Virus record (IMG/VR): IMGVR_UViG_3300031788_000002
Location: 1 to 64,000 of that record
Length of the DNA: 64,000 nt
DNA from: a virus
Direction: 5' to 3' (one strand)
The first letter of the stretch is position 1. Each line of letters starts with the position of its first letter. The notes beneath the pieces were generated by a model. It was given only the letters and a program-made list of their open reading frames with translations. It made no database searches and was not told the origin of the DNA. Shown one piece after another: positions 9,445 to 20,200 of this stretch. Made by a program: the position numbers and the translations under genes.

Positions 9445-10179
9445 ATGGCTAGACGACCAGTACCGACAGCAGCGCAAACGCGCGTGATGTCCCATGCTTG
9501 GTCTCGCCCTGGCCGCCATGTAATAGGAATTGACGAAGTAGGTCGAGGGGCCTGTGCAGGCCCCTTGGTCGTCGTCGGTGTTCTGGCGGAACGGGAGTGG
9601 GATCATGCGCTCGCCCGTGATTCGAAGAAGCTTTCCCACAAGCGCCACATGGAAGGCTACGACGCTTTTATTAGTCAGGGAAAAGCGGGTGATGGAATCG
9701 TGGCCGTTCTCTTGGCGGCGTATGAACCCGAAGAAGTGGATGTTCTAGGGCTTGACGCCGCGAACCGCGACTTGACCCTGCGCATAGCCCAGGCACTGTA
9801 CGCGCTTCAACCCTCCCCGATCATGCTCGATGGCGACCTGCTGCCTTTCATTGAGGGCATTCCGCCCGAAGACCTTTTCAACATGCCGTCTTCAGACGCG
9901 TTGGTCGCAAGCTCTGGAGCGGCCAGTGTTATTGCGAAAGCACACAGGGATACTGAGATGATGGAAAACCTGCACCCTGTCTTTCCTCAGTACGGTTGGT
10001 ACTTCAACAAGGGGTACTTGACCATGGGGCATGCGCAGGCCATCCAGCAGTACGGCGTGTGCCCCGTGCACCGCTATTCGTATCAACGCATCAAAGAATC
10101 CCTGGTAGACTCTTCCCTATGGCTATCCCGTCAGAAGCGGACCGTGACGCGCGCTTGGATGCGTTATCTTCGGCGTTGA
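9445..10179 (+). CDS. rnhB: Ribonuclease HII
   Basis: IGIDEVGRGACAGPLVV, DSKKL, LDG, AASVIAK..RD, YGW..NKGY, HR.SY motifs. Confidence 0.93.
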   Translation: MARRPVPTAAQTRVMSHAWSRPGRHVIGIDEVGRGACAGPLVVVGVLAEREWDHALARDSKKLSHKRHMEGYDAFISQGKAGDGIVAVLLAAYEPEEVDVLGLDAANRDLTLRIAQALYALQPSPIMLDGDLLPFIEGIPPEDLFNMPSSDALVASSGAASVIAKAHRDTEMMENLHPVFPQYGWYFNKGYLTMGHAQAIQQYGVCPVHRYSYQRIKESLVDSSLWLSRQKRTVTRAWMRYLRR

Positions 10180-10343
10180 GCGCGTGGTCTATACAGCGCA
10201 CGACGTACCTGAATAACCAAGTCGCTTTTTGCAAGCGCGTGCTTAAAGGGCGAACGGGCGCTGAGCGCCTGAACGCCGTCACGTCGACGCAAGCCAACGC
10301 ATTGACGGTGGATTCCCTCACTCAGTTTTTGACGGGTGCGTAG
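10119..10343 (+). CDS. Small hypothetical (probable virion) protein
   Basis: MAIPSEADRDARLDAL...; TGGTAGACT 7 nt upstream; stop lies 12 nt before the next gene. Confidence 0.55.
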   Translation: MAIPSEADRDARLDALSSALSAWSIQRTTYLNNQVAFCKRVLKGRTGAERLNAVTSTQANALTVDSLTQFLTGA

Positions 10344-10355
10344 TAAGCTAGTCGC

Positions 10356-11393
10356 ATGAGCATCATCGTCGGTACCCCTGTCCTCCCCCAGGTTGAGAAC
10401 ACCGTCGAGATTGTTCAACTTCAAGTTATTACACGTACCGAGGAATGGGAAAATCTCTTCGATCGCATTGAGATATGGCGCTCGAGGGTGTCGCCCCTTG
10501 GTCCGTTCGAAGCGCTCACGGCCTTGAGCTGGTCGCCGGCTATTCTCCCTCGAAACGCCGGGGGTATTCCCCCACTCCCGGTAACCGGACGCCAAGTGCT
10601 CCTGCAGGGAACACAGCTACTTTTGAAGGTCGATGGCGTCGATGACCTCGTCGTAACCTTCAGTACTCCTGGCGCTGTTTCGTACGCAGCAGCAGCAGGA
10701 ACAATCACTACTCAGGGCGCTGGGCGCTTCAGCGCCTATGTTGATGGTGACGGCAAAGTCATCCTCTTGGGAACACGTCCGGGAACTGGGGCGGTTCTTG
10801 AGGTTACGGGGGGAGACGCTGCTCCTCTGCTGGGGTTGCCCCTGCATGGCCCGGAAAACATCGCGTATGGTAGGGATGCGCATATCGGGTTGATTCCAGG
10901 GCAGCAACAGTACCTTTTCACGGACTTACGTGGGAGCAAGCGCTACTACTACCGAACGCGCTTTTTCAACGCGCAGACGCTGGCCACCAGTGAGTTCAGC
11001 ACCGCGTTCAGCGTCAACCAATCCTTGGGGATTAGCCCGGCCAACGTCGTTTTTGGGTTCGTGGCTTTGGTCGGAACCGATGGGCGCCCGTTGGTGAACC
11101 AGCTGGTACAGGTTTACGCGCCGACGCAGTCGCAATTGATTGAAGGCAAACTCGTCACCGGCCCCCGGCAAGCGCGGTTCACCGACGTCAACGGCTACGT
11201 TGCTTTCACGCTCGTACGGGGGGTGCAGTACGTTGTCAGCGTTACGGGAACGGATCTTGTGCGCAACATTCAAGCGCCAACTGACCCAACGATCACGATG
11301 TTCAGCTTGTTCGAAAAAAGTATCGGGCTTCAAGACGACCTGTTCACCGTCGACCGCCCCCCTTTGGTCTACGCCGAAGCGAGGACGTTATAG
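10356..11393 (+). CDS. Putative virion structural protein
   Basis: Beta-rich 345 aa; contains a ...LLGL insertion module like those of sheath/decoration proteins; leaderless box. Confidence 0.55.
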   Translation: MSIIVGTPVLPQVENTVEIVQLQVITRTEEWENLFDRIEIWRSRVSPLGPFEALTALSWSPAILPRNAGGIPPLPVTGRQVLLQGTQLLLKVDGVDDLVVTFSTPGAVSYAAAAGTITTQGAGRFSAYVDGDGKVILLGTRPGTGAVLEVTGGDAAPLLGLPLHGPENIAYGRDAHIGLIPGQQQYLFTDLRGSKRYYYRTRFFNAQTLATSEFSTAFSVNQSLGISPANVVFGFVALVGTDGRPLVNQLVQVYAPTQSQLIEGKLVTGPRQARFTDVNGYVAFTLVRGVQYVVSVTGTDLVRNIQAPTDPTITMFSLFEKSIGLQDDLFTVDRPPLVYAEARTL

Positions 11394-11638
11394 TGAACCT
11401 TTTCACCCTCATCTTTCCTGACCGCCAGGGAAGCGGGCGCATAGGGCGCTGTCGTTTACCCTGGGTCTCCGGTCAACCTGTGCGGAGGTACTTGCACGCG
11501 CCCGTGCTTCGGGAGCTCGGTCTTATTGGATTATCCCAACGCTGCAAGCTGTACAACAGCCAGAAAACCTTGGTGAAGCTGTACTACGTCCCTCCCCCCA
11601 ACGACTTCGTAGTGTTGATCCCCGTGAGAGCGTCATGA
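11393..11638 (+). CDS. Small hypothetical protein
   Basis: GTG start coupled to upstream stop; overlaps next start. Confidence 0.5.
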   Translation: MNLFTLIFPDRQGSGRIGRCRLPWVSGQPVRRYLHAPVLRELGLIGLSQRCKLYNSQKTLVKLYYVPPPNDFVVLIPVRAS

Positions 11639-12528
11639 GCTACCAGAACGTCGACGTCTATGTGCTCACTCGGGACACCCAGCAGCCAGTGTCCGGGGTT
11701 TTGGTGCGCGTGTTCTCCCCCGATGGTTCGGTCATTTTCACCGAGAGCGAAACCGACGAAGCCGGCCACGTCGGCTTTACGCTGTGGAGTCAAACCTACA
11801 GCCTGCGCTTCTACCGATTTCAGGCACGCTTTCGTCAGCCCCAGGTGATCGTTGTATCCGAAGGCGTAGGGGGTACCCCGGCACAGAACCAGTTCAATGT
11901 CTATGCCGAAATGATGGCATTGCCCATCGCGAACGACCCGTACCTTTGTCGGGCTTCCGGTACCTTTCGCGACATCACAGGTGCGCCGCATCGTAATCTC
12001 ACCATCATCTTCATTGGTGAGTTTGCCCCAATCTTGTTACAAGGATCGGGAGTTCTGTCAGAGCGCAGGGCTATCAGGACCGACGACAAGGGCTTCGCCT
12101 GCGTGGATCTCATCCGATGCGCCCGATATGCAGCGACGGTGGAAGGTTACGAGGATCATGTGCGCAAGATATGCGTACCCGACGCGCCGAGCGTGAGTTT
12201 GCCCGCGCTCCTCTTCTCTATGGTGGACTCCGTTTACTTCGATCCCCCCTCGCCCTGGACCCTCTCCGTTGGCAGCACGCTCTCCCTAACGCCTACCGTT
12301 TTCACCAACAGCCAAATTCCGACGTTGGGACCCGATGGAGCCAACGTGATCTGGAAAGCCGCAGACCCGACGGTGGTCAGCGTGACCTTGTTGAAGCGCT
12401 CGCTGGTGCTGCGCGGGCTGAAGGTGGGCAACACGCAGCTCTTGGCCTCGCGCCGCGATCTCAGCATCATACCCATCCCCTTCCAGCCCGAACTGCTGGG
12501 CTCGGGTCAGAGCGTCTTCGTCCAGTAG
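11635..12528 (+). CDS. Carboxypeptidase-regulatory-like / Ig-like domain virion protein
   Basis: QPVSGVLVRV...TDEAGHVGF and TDDKGFACVDL repeats; C-terminal Big-2-like WKAADPTVVSV. Confidence 0.6.
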   Translation: MSYQNVDVYVLTRDTQQPVSGVLVRVFSPDGSVIFTESETDEAGHVGFTLWSQTYSLRFYRFQARFRQPQVIVVSEGVGGTPAQNQFNVYAEMMALPIANDPYLCRASGTFRDITGAPHRNLTIIFIGEFAPILLQGSGVLSERRAIRTDDKGFACVDLIRCARYAATVEGYEDHVRKICVPDAPSVSLPALLFSMVDSVYFDPPSPWTLSVGSTLSLTPTVFTNSQIPTLGPDGANVIWKAADPTVVSVTLLKRSLVLRGLKVGNTQLLASRRDLSIIPIPFQPELLGSGQSVFVQ

Positions 12529-12749
12529 GCTTTCGGCGTGCGGCCCACGACGCCCAGTGGGTCTTCGCCCGCGCCGCCGTCGCCCAGGTAGCGGCCCGGG
12601 CCGAAGAGCTCTTGCGCTGGTTGGGGGATGCCCTGCCCGTGACCCGCCCCTTCTTGGACGCGTTCTGTTGCGGGCTGCGAGCCCTCTTTTTACCGCACAA
12701 GCCGCCCCTTGTGCCCCTGCTGGTCGAGGTACCACCCTCCGCGCCCTCG

Positions 12750-13220
12750 ATGCCGGCGCCATCGGCGTGGGAACCCGAAGGGCTCAACCTCAGCGACGTG
12801 CAGGAAGCGCTAGCGTGCTCGCCCGAGACCATTGATGGCTCCCAGGTCCGGGCATTGATGCTCGAGGTCATTCGACGCGCTGCGCACGACTGGGTTCTGT
12901 ACCGTACGTCCACACGTCTTGAACTGCGCGAGCTAGCGCACGACGCCTACATCTGGCTGTTTGAGGAAGAGCCCGAAGGTCCGCGCTGGGCACTGCGGTG
13001 CTCGGAGGGAAAACAACTCACGTCGCTGCACGGCATCTGCGACGTTTTGGAAGTTGACGCGGAGTTCGTTCGCAACCACGTGCGGCACTTGACGGCAAAG
13101 AAAATCAAGACCGCCGGTCGCCCACCAGAACGACGGAAGCGATCCACCGACGACGTCAGCTATTACAACGAGCACGCCCTTACGACCGCGTTTGAGTTTC
13201 CGGCGGAAGAAGAAAGCTGA
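12750..13220 (+). CDS. Conserved phage hypothetical protein (start uncertain)
   Basis: EVIRRAAHD...AYIWLF...SLHGICDVLEVD motif typical of a widespread phage family. Confidence 0.55.
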   Translation: MPAPSAWEPEGLNLSDVQEALACSPETIDGSQVRALMLEVIRRAAHDWVLYRTSTRLELRELAHDAYIWLFEEEPEGPRWALRCSEGKQLTSLHGICDVLEVDAEFVRNHVRHLTAKKIKTAGRPPERRKRSTDDVSYYNEHALTTAFEFPAEEES

Positions 13221-13263
13221 CACGCGGTATAGAGTCCTGGGCGTAGGTCACCCGGAGGTTCTC

Positions 13264-13400
13264 ATGGATACGCTTTATGTCCTGTGCTGCGCCTTGACCT
13301 TATTGCAGTAATTCAGTGGTCGCTCACCTTTTACCTTTACTGGCGTCTTAACCGTTTGCGCTCATCCGATAAGGAGCGCGAACCTCTGCATATTGCCTAG
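13264..13400 (+). pseudogene. Small membrane protein broken by a 1-nt frameshift
   Basis: GGAGG RBS + MDTLYVLCCALT; adjacent frame continues IAVIQWSLTFYLYWRLNR...*. Confidence 0.4.
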
Positions 13401-13412
13401 TGGGAGAAATAC

Positions 13413-13946
13413 ATGAATAGAGAATACACGCGCTTTTCGTTTGCAGTGCATGTAACGCCGCTGCAAAAAGAATGGCTCCTTGCAGCGAACGGTATCATTC
13501 TGAAGTCTAGCAGCGCCGGCGGCAGCAATACCTTGTACGTAAAGTCTGCCGTGCTGACGTACGACGATCTGAAATGGCTCACGCTGCAGTTTCGAGAGGA
13601 AGACATCTTTAGAGACAACGAGCAAACGCTCTATGAGGCTGCGGGTATCCGCATTACTGAGGGTCGGCATTTTGTTTATATCTATGCGGAGCAAGACGGC
13701 CAGCCTTACGTAGCTGCCATTATTTGCCAACGCTTTCTTAAGCACTTCGACCTCAACGATATTACCTGCTTTTCCTGGGCTACCTTTGGGGATGAGCCGA
13801 GCATCGCAACTTTCGGGGGTGGTGTTTGTGCTGTGCACAAGGACGAGATCATGCGGGTAGATACAAACGAGTTGTTGAGCGAGCTCGCGAGCGACATGCG
13901 TCGACGCCACCCCGATGCGAGCTTGAGTAACAGGGTCGATGGCTGA
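13413..13946 (+). CDS. Phage hypothetical protein
   Basis: GGAG RBS; FL..F......FSWA......FGGG motif; paralogue at 16370-16813. Confidence 0.7.
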   Translation: MNREYTRFSFAVHVTPLQKEWLLAANGIILKSSSAGGSNTLYVKSAVLTYDDLKWLTLQFREEDIFRDNEQTLYEAAGIRITEGRHFVYIYAEQDGQPYVAAIICQRFLKHFDLNDITCFSWATFGDEPSIATFGGGVCAVHKDEIMRVDTNELLSELASDMRRRHPDASLSNRVDG

Positions 13947-14244
13947 CAAGGTCACCCCCTTCCCCACCGAAACGGTGGATCGCGTCTGCCGCCTCGCGGG
14001 CGCTCTAGTTCACGTGCTTCAGCTCTCCGATGTGGATCCCCCGGAGGATCACCTCGCCGCGCTGCTCCTTGTTCAAACCGCCATTCAGCAGGCGGTGGTG
14101 CGCGAAAAGGGCCCAAGAGAACTTCAGCGCGTGCTCATCGCAGCCAACGAACGACGGCGTCGCTATGAGGCCGTGTGGGGATATACCCCGCGAGAGTCTC
14201 CGGGGGCTACCGTTCACGCGCTCAAGAAAGACGAGGAAGAGTAA
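13939..14244 (+). CDS. Hypothetical protein
   Basis: Overlapping start/stop with upstream gene. Confidence 0.65.
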   Translation: MADKVTPFPTETVDRVCRLAGALVHVLQLSDVDPPEDHLAALLLVQTAIQQAVVREKGPRELQRVLIAANERRRRYEAVWGYTPRESPGATVHALKKDEEE

Positions 14245-14267
14245 AGCGACCGCTCTTCGACAACCAA

Positions 14268-14305
14268 GGGCTAAAGAAAAGCGCTGCGGGCCTTACGGCC
14301 CGCAA
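14268..14305 (-). terminator. Terminator hairpin with TTTTCTTTAGCCC tail
   Basis: TGCGGGCC-ttac-GGCCCGCA between convergent genes. Confidence 0.7.
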
Positions 14306-14311
14306 GCGACT

Positions 14312-14944
14312 CTAGGTAGCACTGGCGCGCACGCCGTCGAGGATGACAAACACCAATTTCTTTTCGCCCTCGGTTTCCTCGTCTTCATAGTTGATAGACC
14401 CAAGGACGGCGCCGACGATCAGACTGAAGATACCAATAACGGCTGCGCCTACGACGAACCCCATTTCGAAGTCGTCGTTATTCTGCTTGCGCAGCGCCCT
14501 ACGCTCTTCCTCCGCTCTGCGCGAAACGCTCTCGGCGCGCAGGGTGCGCTCTTCCTCCGCTCTGCGCGAAACGCTCTCGGCGCGCAGGGTGCGCTCTTCC
14601 AGCTCTTCAACGTGCACGCGTTCAGCCTCAATTCGACCCAGCGCTTTGCGGAGCTCAGACACTTGGGGGGTAACGCGCATCAAGAAACTGCTGGCGGCGT
14701 CGCTGTGCAGAAGCGTCGCTGTATCCGTGACTTGGTTGTAACCCACCACGTAATCCCCCAACGAGGGCAACAGCTCCTTAACACGCGCAGGGATAAGGGG
14801 TTCCGCTACTACTTCTCCATTGCGGCGAATCGCGTAGAAGCACGCGTTCACGCGCGAGTAGACTTCGTCCACCAAGATAGCCGCCGCCTTCTTGCTGTCC
14901 TTCGGTTCAGGTTTCGTATCAGACGATGACGATTCTGAGGTCAT
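14312..14944 (-). CDS. Hypothetical membrane protein with duplicated 15-aa coiled-coil unit
   Basis: TM segment FVVGAAVIGIFSLIVGAVL; class A promoter at 14986-14993. Confidence 0.7.
   Translation of the reverse strand: MTSESSSSDTKPEPKDSKKAAAILVDEVYSRVNACFYAIRRNGEVVAEPLIPARVKELLPSLGDYVVGYNQVTDTATLLHSDAASSFLMRVTPQVSELRKALGRIEAERVHVEELEERTLRAESVSRRAEEERTLRAESVSRRAEEERRALRKQNNDDFEMGFVVGAAVIGIFSLIVGAVLGSINYEDEETEGEKKLVFVILDGVRASAT
14502..14600. repeat. 45-bp exact tandem duplication (2.2 copies)
   Basis: cgctcttcctccgctctgcgcgaaacgctctcggcgcgcagggtg x2. Confidence 0.95.
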
Positions 14945-15021
14945 GGCATCTCTCTTTCAGAGGAGGGTGATGTCCCTTCACTATTGTTATGCCTTAATCT
15001 TCGGGGTTTTTACCTAAATGG

Positions 15022-15050
15022 GGGCTAAAGAAAGCCCCGCGTGGGGCCTT
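15022..15050 (-). terminator. Terminator hairpin with TTTCTTTAGCCC tail
   Basis: GCCCC-gcgt-GGGGC hairpin just after the stop of the 15061-16098 gene. Confidence 0.6.
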
Positions 15051-15060
15051 CTCTGGAACG

Positions 15061-16098
15061 TTACGCGTCGGTAGCGGGAACGGGTTTGAGCCAATCCGTA
15101 AACGAGGAGTCTTGCTCGTCCTCTCCCAATTCGAGCAAGCGTTCGGCCATGTCCCCGAGGGTCACGCGCGCAAGCAGCTGCTTCAAGGTGACCACATTAC
15201 GCGCGGGGTCCATCCAATCGAAGCCCGTGGTGCGCTCGATGGGAATGATACATACCACCGCGCGGTGCCCAGGGGCCGTAAGGCATACCTCAACCGCTTG
15301 TTCGTCCGTGAGCAACGCAAGCAGTGAGCGGGAATCTTGTCGGATATCCTCATCCTCTTCCTCTTCGGCCTCGTCGTCCTCTTCATCGTCTGCGTCACCG
15401 CCGCCGATATGGTCCTGAAGCGCTTCTTCCAAGGCAACAAACGTGCGCACATCATGCCTGAGGGGATTGGCGTCGGTGACACCCAAGGTGAAGGCCAACG
15501 CGCGGGGCAAGGAAAGCGCCGAGACCGGGCAGTGCTTGTCTTTTCCCTGGGGGGACATCAGCGCATTGGTGAACCCCTCCAAGTAATACGCGTACGGCTC
15601 TCGCGCTTCAGCCTCGGCGCATTCTTCGCAGTGGGTCGTGCGCTCTTCTTTTTTCATGTCCTCCTCTACACTCTGCATGAGGGCTTCGACGGTGTCCTTG
15701 AGCGGCTTGTTCGCTTCCACCGGCGCCGGTGGCGGTGTGGGCCAACCCTTTGGTACTTCTTCCCTGCGGGAAAGGACGGCCCCAACCTTTTGCAGCAGCT
15801 CTGCGTTGGTGAACGTATCCAACGCGGGGGCATCCAGCTTCGACAGCATGTCGAGGTACGAAGAGGTACCATGTAAATGTGCGGCTGCGCCGATAGAGAT
15901 CAGCGTCAGCTTGGTCGTTCCCGTCGCCGTGTCGAAGTAGTGATGGTGAAGCATTTCTTGTGTCATCTGCAATACCTCTGGGATATCGCGTTCCCCGCAC
16001 TTCACGAGGCTCTCAGGGTGTTCCGTCTGCAAAACACGCAAGAGATCCGCAGCCACGTCGATAATCGTCTGCATGTAAGCCTTGATCATACTGGTCAT
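15061..16098 (-). CDS. Hypothetical acidic protein
   Basis: 345 aa ORF; AGGA RBS; acidic tract. Confidence 0.7.
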   Translation of the reverse strand: MTSMIKAYMQTIIDVAADLLRVLQTEHPESLVKCGERDIPEVLQMTQEMLHHHYFDTATGTTKLTLISIGAAAHLHGTSSYLDMLSKLDAPALDTFTNAELLQKVGAVLSRREEVPKGWPTPPPAPVEANKPLKDTVEALMQSVEEDMKKEERTTHCEECAEAEAREPYAYYLEGFTNALMSPQGKDKHCPVSALSLPRALAFTLGVTDANPLRHDVRTFVALEEALQDHIGGGDADDEEDDEAEEEEDEDIRQDSRSLLALLTDEQAVEVCLTAPGHRAVVCIIPIERTTGFDWMDPARNVVTLKQLLARVTLGDMAERLLELGEDEQDSSFTDWLKPVPATDA

Positions 16099-16121
16099 CG
16101 TACTGTGCTTTCCTTTTGGGT

Positions 16122-16370
16122 TTACTGCTGCTCGTAACGGGCAGCGATGCGCTGCTCGCAGCCCGAAATGTAGGCGTCCGCTTTGGCTTCCGTGAGTTCC
16201 GCGCGAAGACGCTCAAGTTCTTCATCACGGCGGTGATTGCGCTGCGTAACGTAGGCCACGGACAAGGTGGCCACGTTGACGATCGCCATACTGATCAGCG
16301 ACGCCGTGTTCATGTTGGGGCGAATCATCAGCGCGCAGGTGAAGAAAACAACGTAGACCAGAAAGTTCAT
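16122..16370 (-). CDS. Small two-TM membrane protein
   Basis: Two hydrophobic segments followed by a charged coil. Confidence 0.6.
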   Translation of the reverse strand: MNFLVYVVFFTCALMIRPNMNTASLISMAIVNVATLSVAYVTQRNHRRDEELERLRAELTEAKADAYISGCEQRIAARYEQQ

Positions 16371-16813
16371 TATTCAGTCCTCCGGTGCCTGTGGCCCTGA
16401 AGGGCATTGATCCCCTCGGGCCCAATGAGAATGGTGCCCGCTGCGGAGCGGCCCCGTGTGAGATTCATGGCCCGCCACGTTAGCCGAATGGCCAGCTCAG
16501 GGCGCCATCGGGCAAGGAAGGCGGCGAAGAAGAGCGCGGCGTGTCCTGGATTACCCAGCCCTTCATTGTCTTGGAGCGTCAGCGCCCCTCCATCCACCGT
16601 TATCTTCAGGGACAGCTCCTTGAAGTTGTTCGTCTCCTTTCGAAGTTTGGTGAGATGGGGGGAGAGACGGGCCACCTCTTCGTAAAGGTCGCCGCTGGTC
16701 ACCCCCGTCAGCACGGTGCGCGCCCAGGCGGCTTCCACCTCGTTCACGAAAAGGGTCTTGGTGAAATAAGTCCGAATTTCCTCCGAGCTAGTCGGCTTCG
16801 CGCGTTTAGTCAT
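16370..16813 (-). CDS. Phage hypothetical protein (paralogue of 13413-13946)
   Basis: GAGGT RBS; class A promoter at 16833-16840. Confidence 0.65.
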   Translation of the reverse strand: MTKRAKPTSSEEIRTYFTKTLFVNEVEAAWARTVLTGVTSGDLYEEVARLSPHLTKLRKETNNFKELSLKITVDGGALTLQDNEGLGNPGHAALFFAAFLARWRPELAIRLTWRAMNLTRGRSAAGTILIGPEGINALQGHRHRRTE

Positions 16814-16866
16814 GGGGTGTACCTCTACGGTTGTTATGCCGGCGGCTACCCATGTAATTCAGCGTG

Positions 16867-17061
16867 TTAGGTAGCGATGTACCCAAGTTTTGCGAGAATC
16901 AGCGTTCGCTGCTCATCCTCCTCTTGAACCTGTACCCACGTGCGCCCTGTCTCGTCCAGCGCGATGAGGATCGTGCATGCGCCGACGACAACGGTGATTG
17001 AGGCCCCTAACTTGCTCTGGGTGACAACGGCTTTGTTCTGGGTGACAACGGCTTTGTGCAA
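16867..17061 (-). CDS. Small hypothetical protein with 21-bp duplication
   Basis: GGAGGT RBS, TTG start, KAVVTQ x2; class A promoter at 17079-17086. Confidence 0.5.
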   Translation of the reverse strand: MHKAVVTQNKAVVTQSKLGASITVVVGACTILIALDETGRTWVQVQEEDEQRTLILAKLGYIAT

Positions 17062-17075
17062 GGTGTACCTCCACT

Positions 17076-17180
17076 CTAGTTATACCCGTAGAGGTAGGAA
17101 TAATTCGGGTATCTCTTGAAAGAATTTGGTGTTACGCCAAAGCACTGGCTTAGCTCTTCAAGCGTTGGCTCTTCATGCAT
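17076..17180 (-). CDS. Very small hypothetical protein
   Basis: GGAGGT RBS before MHEEPT; class A -10 element at 17218-17225. Confidence 0.4.
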   Translation of the reverse strand: MHEEPTLEELSQCFGVTPNSFKRYPNYSYLYGYN

Positions 17181-17254
17181 TACCTCCAAGGAGAAGGCGG
17201 TCTTCTTCCCCGTGTTTGTTATACCCACTCCGCTTCTTGCTAGGATTCTGACCC

Positions 17255-20200
17255 ATGTCCACCACCACGCCCCCAAGCATTGATCCCGATGAAGTCGCCG
17301 CTTCGGTTGCCAAGCTTGTACCCGGGGATCTGTCGACCCCTCTAGGAGCTCTCTCGACGAGAAACCTGTCCGTGTCCTGGGATGGGTTCCAACAGGCGGT
17401 TGTCGGGATGTTTATTTCGAGCAGTCAGGCTCCTTACTACGTTGTTAAATTGGCAAGAGACCGGCTTTTGACAGATATCAGCCACCTTATTCTCGAAGTA
17501 CAAGCCCTGAGCGCAGCGTGTTCGACAACGACCCGGCAGGTTCAACCGGTCACGAACATCGCGCCGTTGTCGAATGCTCAAGTTGCTCTTCAGGCTCTGA
17601 GTAAGGCCGCGGCTCAACGCACTGGGGTCTACCAGAACATCGCATCCATCCCAGCGTTCAACCGGCTCACTCAGAACGTCACCACCTTCTTGAAGACCGA
17701 AGGGGTGAAGGCCACACAGAGCGGACAATTGGTCAATACCCCCAGCCAGGCCAAGGGAACGCTGAGCGCTTCAGCTGTTCAACTTCGTACCGATTGGGAT
17801 GCCTTACTTACCAAGCTGACCTTGTGGTCGGGCAGTATGACGACCTATGCCGGCCTCAATCTCCCTGGTCTATTGAGCCAGACCATCTTGGGGAATGCCG
17901 CCGATGTCATGGCGCAGAACGTTCAGCAACTTCAGTCCCTTTCCCCCAACGACCGGCTGGGAGTACTGCGCTCTGTGGTGGTGGATACCGTGGCCATTCA
18001 AGCGACGGTTCAGGGCTTTGGCGCGCTGACGCCGCCCACGGTGTTCGTGCCCTTTACCGGGGTGGGTAAGCCCCTGGCCGATGCTCTTCATCCGGCAGCG
18101 CCAGCCACGCTTACCGCTGATTACCCTGGGGGCTACGCTGTGTACTTGGGCAAGGATACGCTGAGCTTGCTCCTCGATGGGCAGTACACCCAGACGATCC
18201 ATCCCCCGGGCTCGTTCGTAGCGCAGCAAGTTACCCCCACGGCCGGACCCTTTACGGTGCTCAGCGGTGTGACGCGCTTCAACGTTACCGTTGAGCAGAA
18301 CAGCGGGCCTACAACGCTTTCGACCTCGGAGCTCGTGACACTGCCCGTGGGCAGTAACCTGCCCTTGTGGACCATCGCTGATGCCATCAATCGGGGGGTT
18401 ACTCTGACCGAAGCGGGGGTCTATTTCATCGTTCAACAGACGGCCCAAGAGGTCACGGTGACGCCCACAAGCGACCCGGTGTCGTCAACCTTTACCCTCG
18501 AGAATGGGCTAACGTGGTCGGGGTTGAACGTCGACACAACCTTCTGGCTCATCCTCGCCGATACTCCCGCCGTGGGGCTGAGCCAGGTCTGGCAAATCAC
18601 GGGGGTAACGGGGGCCGTGGCCATCTGTACCCTCATCCATGGCGTGGTTACCCCCTTTCCCGCTCCTGTGGTCGCGACGGTGGGTACCCAGGCCAACCTG
18701 CGGCTGTACATCCGGTTGAAGAACCCGGCGACCGCGCTGCACTACGAACAAGCGCTGCGACTGACCGACGTGGACAGCGGGGCCTTGGCCCAGCTCTCCT
18801 TCTTCAGCGGCGCCGTGGCTACAAGCGCGCGAACAAGCGCGGCAACCCTCGCCCTCCTCATCAACCAGAGCACGGCCGCAGCAAGTCTTGATGGGACACC
18901 TCGGGTAACGGCCAGTACCGTATTTGTCCCCAACTTCTTCACCGGCCTGGGGAGAACATCGCCCACCGACCCCTTCAGCGTGACGTATTACCGGGGGCGC
19001 TCCGATGGGGTGAGCTTCGTTCCCAATAGCCCAACCACAACCGCGTTTACCGTGCCCACCCTAGCGGCCTCGGGCATCCTTCCGGGGGATGTCCTGGTCT
19101 TGCGAGCCACGAACAACGTGAACGATACGAACACGTGGGGGACGGTGGTGTCCATCACGGCCGACGGGGTCATCACCACAACCCTTACCCCCCTCGGTAC
19201 GGGCCCCGCGTTGATTGAGGTGGGCCCGAGCTTCTACCCCTTCTCGGACCAGCGCGCGGATGTTGAGCTCGCTATTGCCGAGCAACAGACCTTCGACGGC
19301 CAGTACCTGAACGCGATTACCCCCGGAGCGACCCCCCTCGATGTCAGGGTCACCAAGGCGCTCTTGGGTAATGTTGGGCCTGGCGGACAGCCTGTCTTTC
19401 TCCAGAACCTCCAGATGGGTCAGCGCTACGTGGTGTTGAATAGCCAGGACAGCACCACCGCGGGCGCGGTGCAGATCACTGGTCAGGGGAACTTTGATGC
19501 CTTCCTCGTGAACAGTACCCCTCGAAGCGCGGTGGCGATGGCGTCATGGGTAACGGTGCCCTCCCTTCCGAACAGTCTTCAACTGGGTGATCAATTCGAG
19601 CTCTACACGACCAAGGCGCTGACCCCGAGCTTTACGGCACTCATCACATCGGTCGATACCGCGGCCTCGGCGCTTGAGCTTAGTACCCCCTTGCCGGCGA
19701 ACCAACCCCCCTTCATGATGGACGTGACCTCAACGCTGCCCTTCGCCCGGGTGCGCAATACGGTAAATCAGTCCTTTGTGCAGGCATCACAGGTAGTGGA
19801 GGGGTGGCTCACGCTGCCTATGAACAATACAACCCAGGCGTTCCAATCCCTGGATGCGGCATTAAACCCGCTCATCGCCAACAGTAACCCGACCCAGGCG
19901 CAGGCTACGGTCGCGCTCACCATCTTCCAGAATATGTTGACGGCGCTCAGCAGCTTGATCGCCACGCTGCAAGGCTACACGGCCAACGTGGTCGAGGGTG
20001 TTGATAGCCTCATCAAGGGGTACCAGCAAAAGGGGCTAGATAAAGCCGTCGACATCTTGTTGATGGCCGACTTCGCTACCTTCTTTGGCCTGGACCAAGA
20101 CGACAGTAGCTACGCCGGCAGCTTGGCCAAGGCCATGAGCACCGTTCAAGTTACCGATTTCCCCGTTCGAAGAGATAACCGGGTCAATTCTACAGATACG

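Noticed and set aside
7995-9446. 483-aa minus-strand ORF
   Set aside because: Antisense shadow of the DUF932-like gene.
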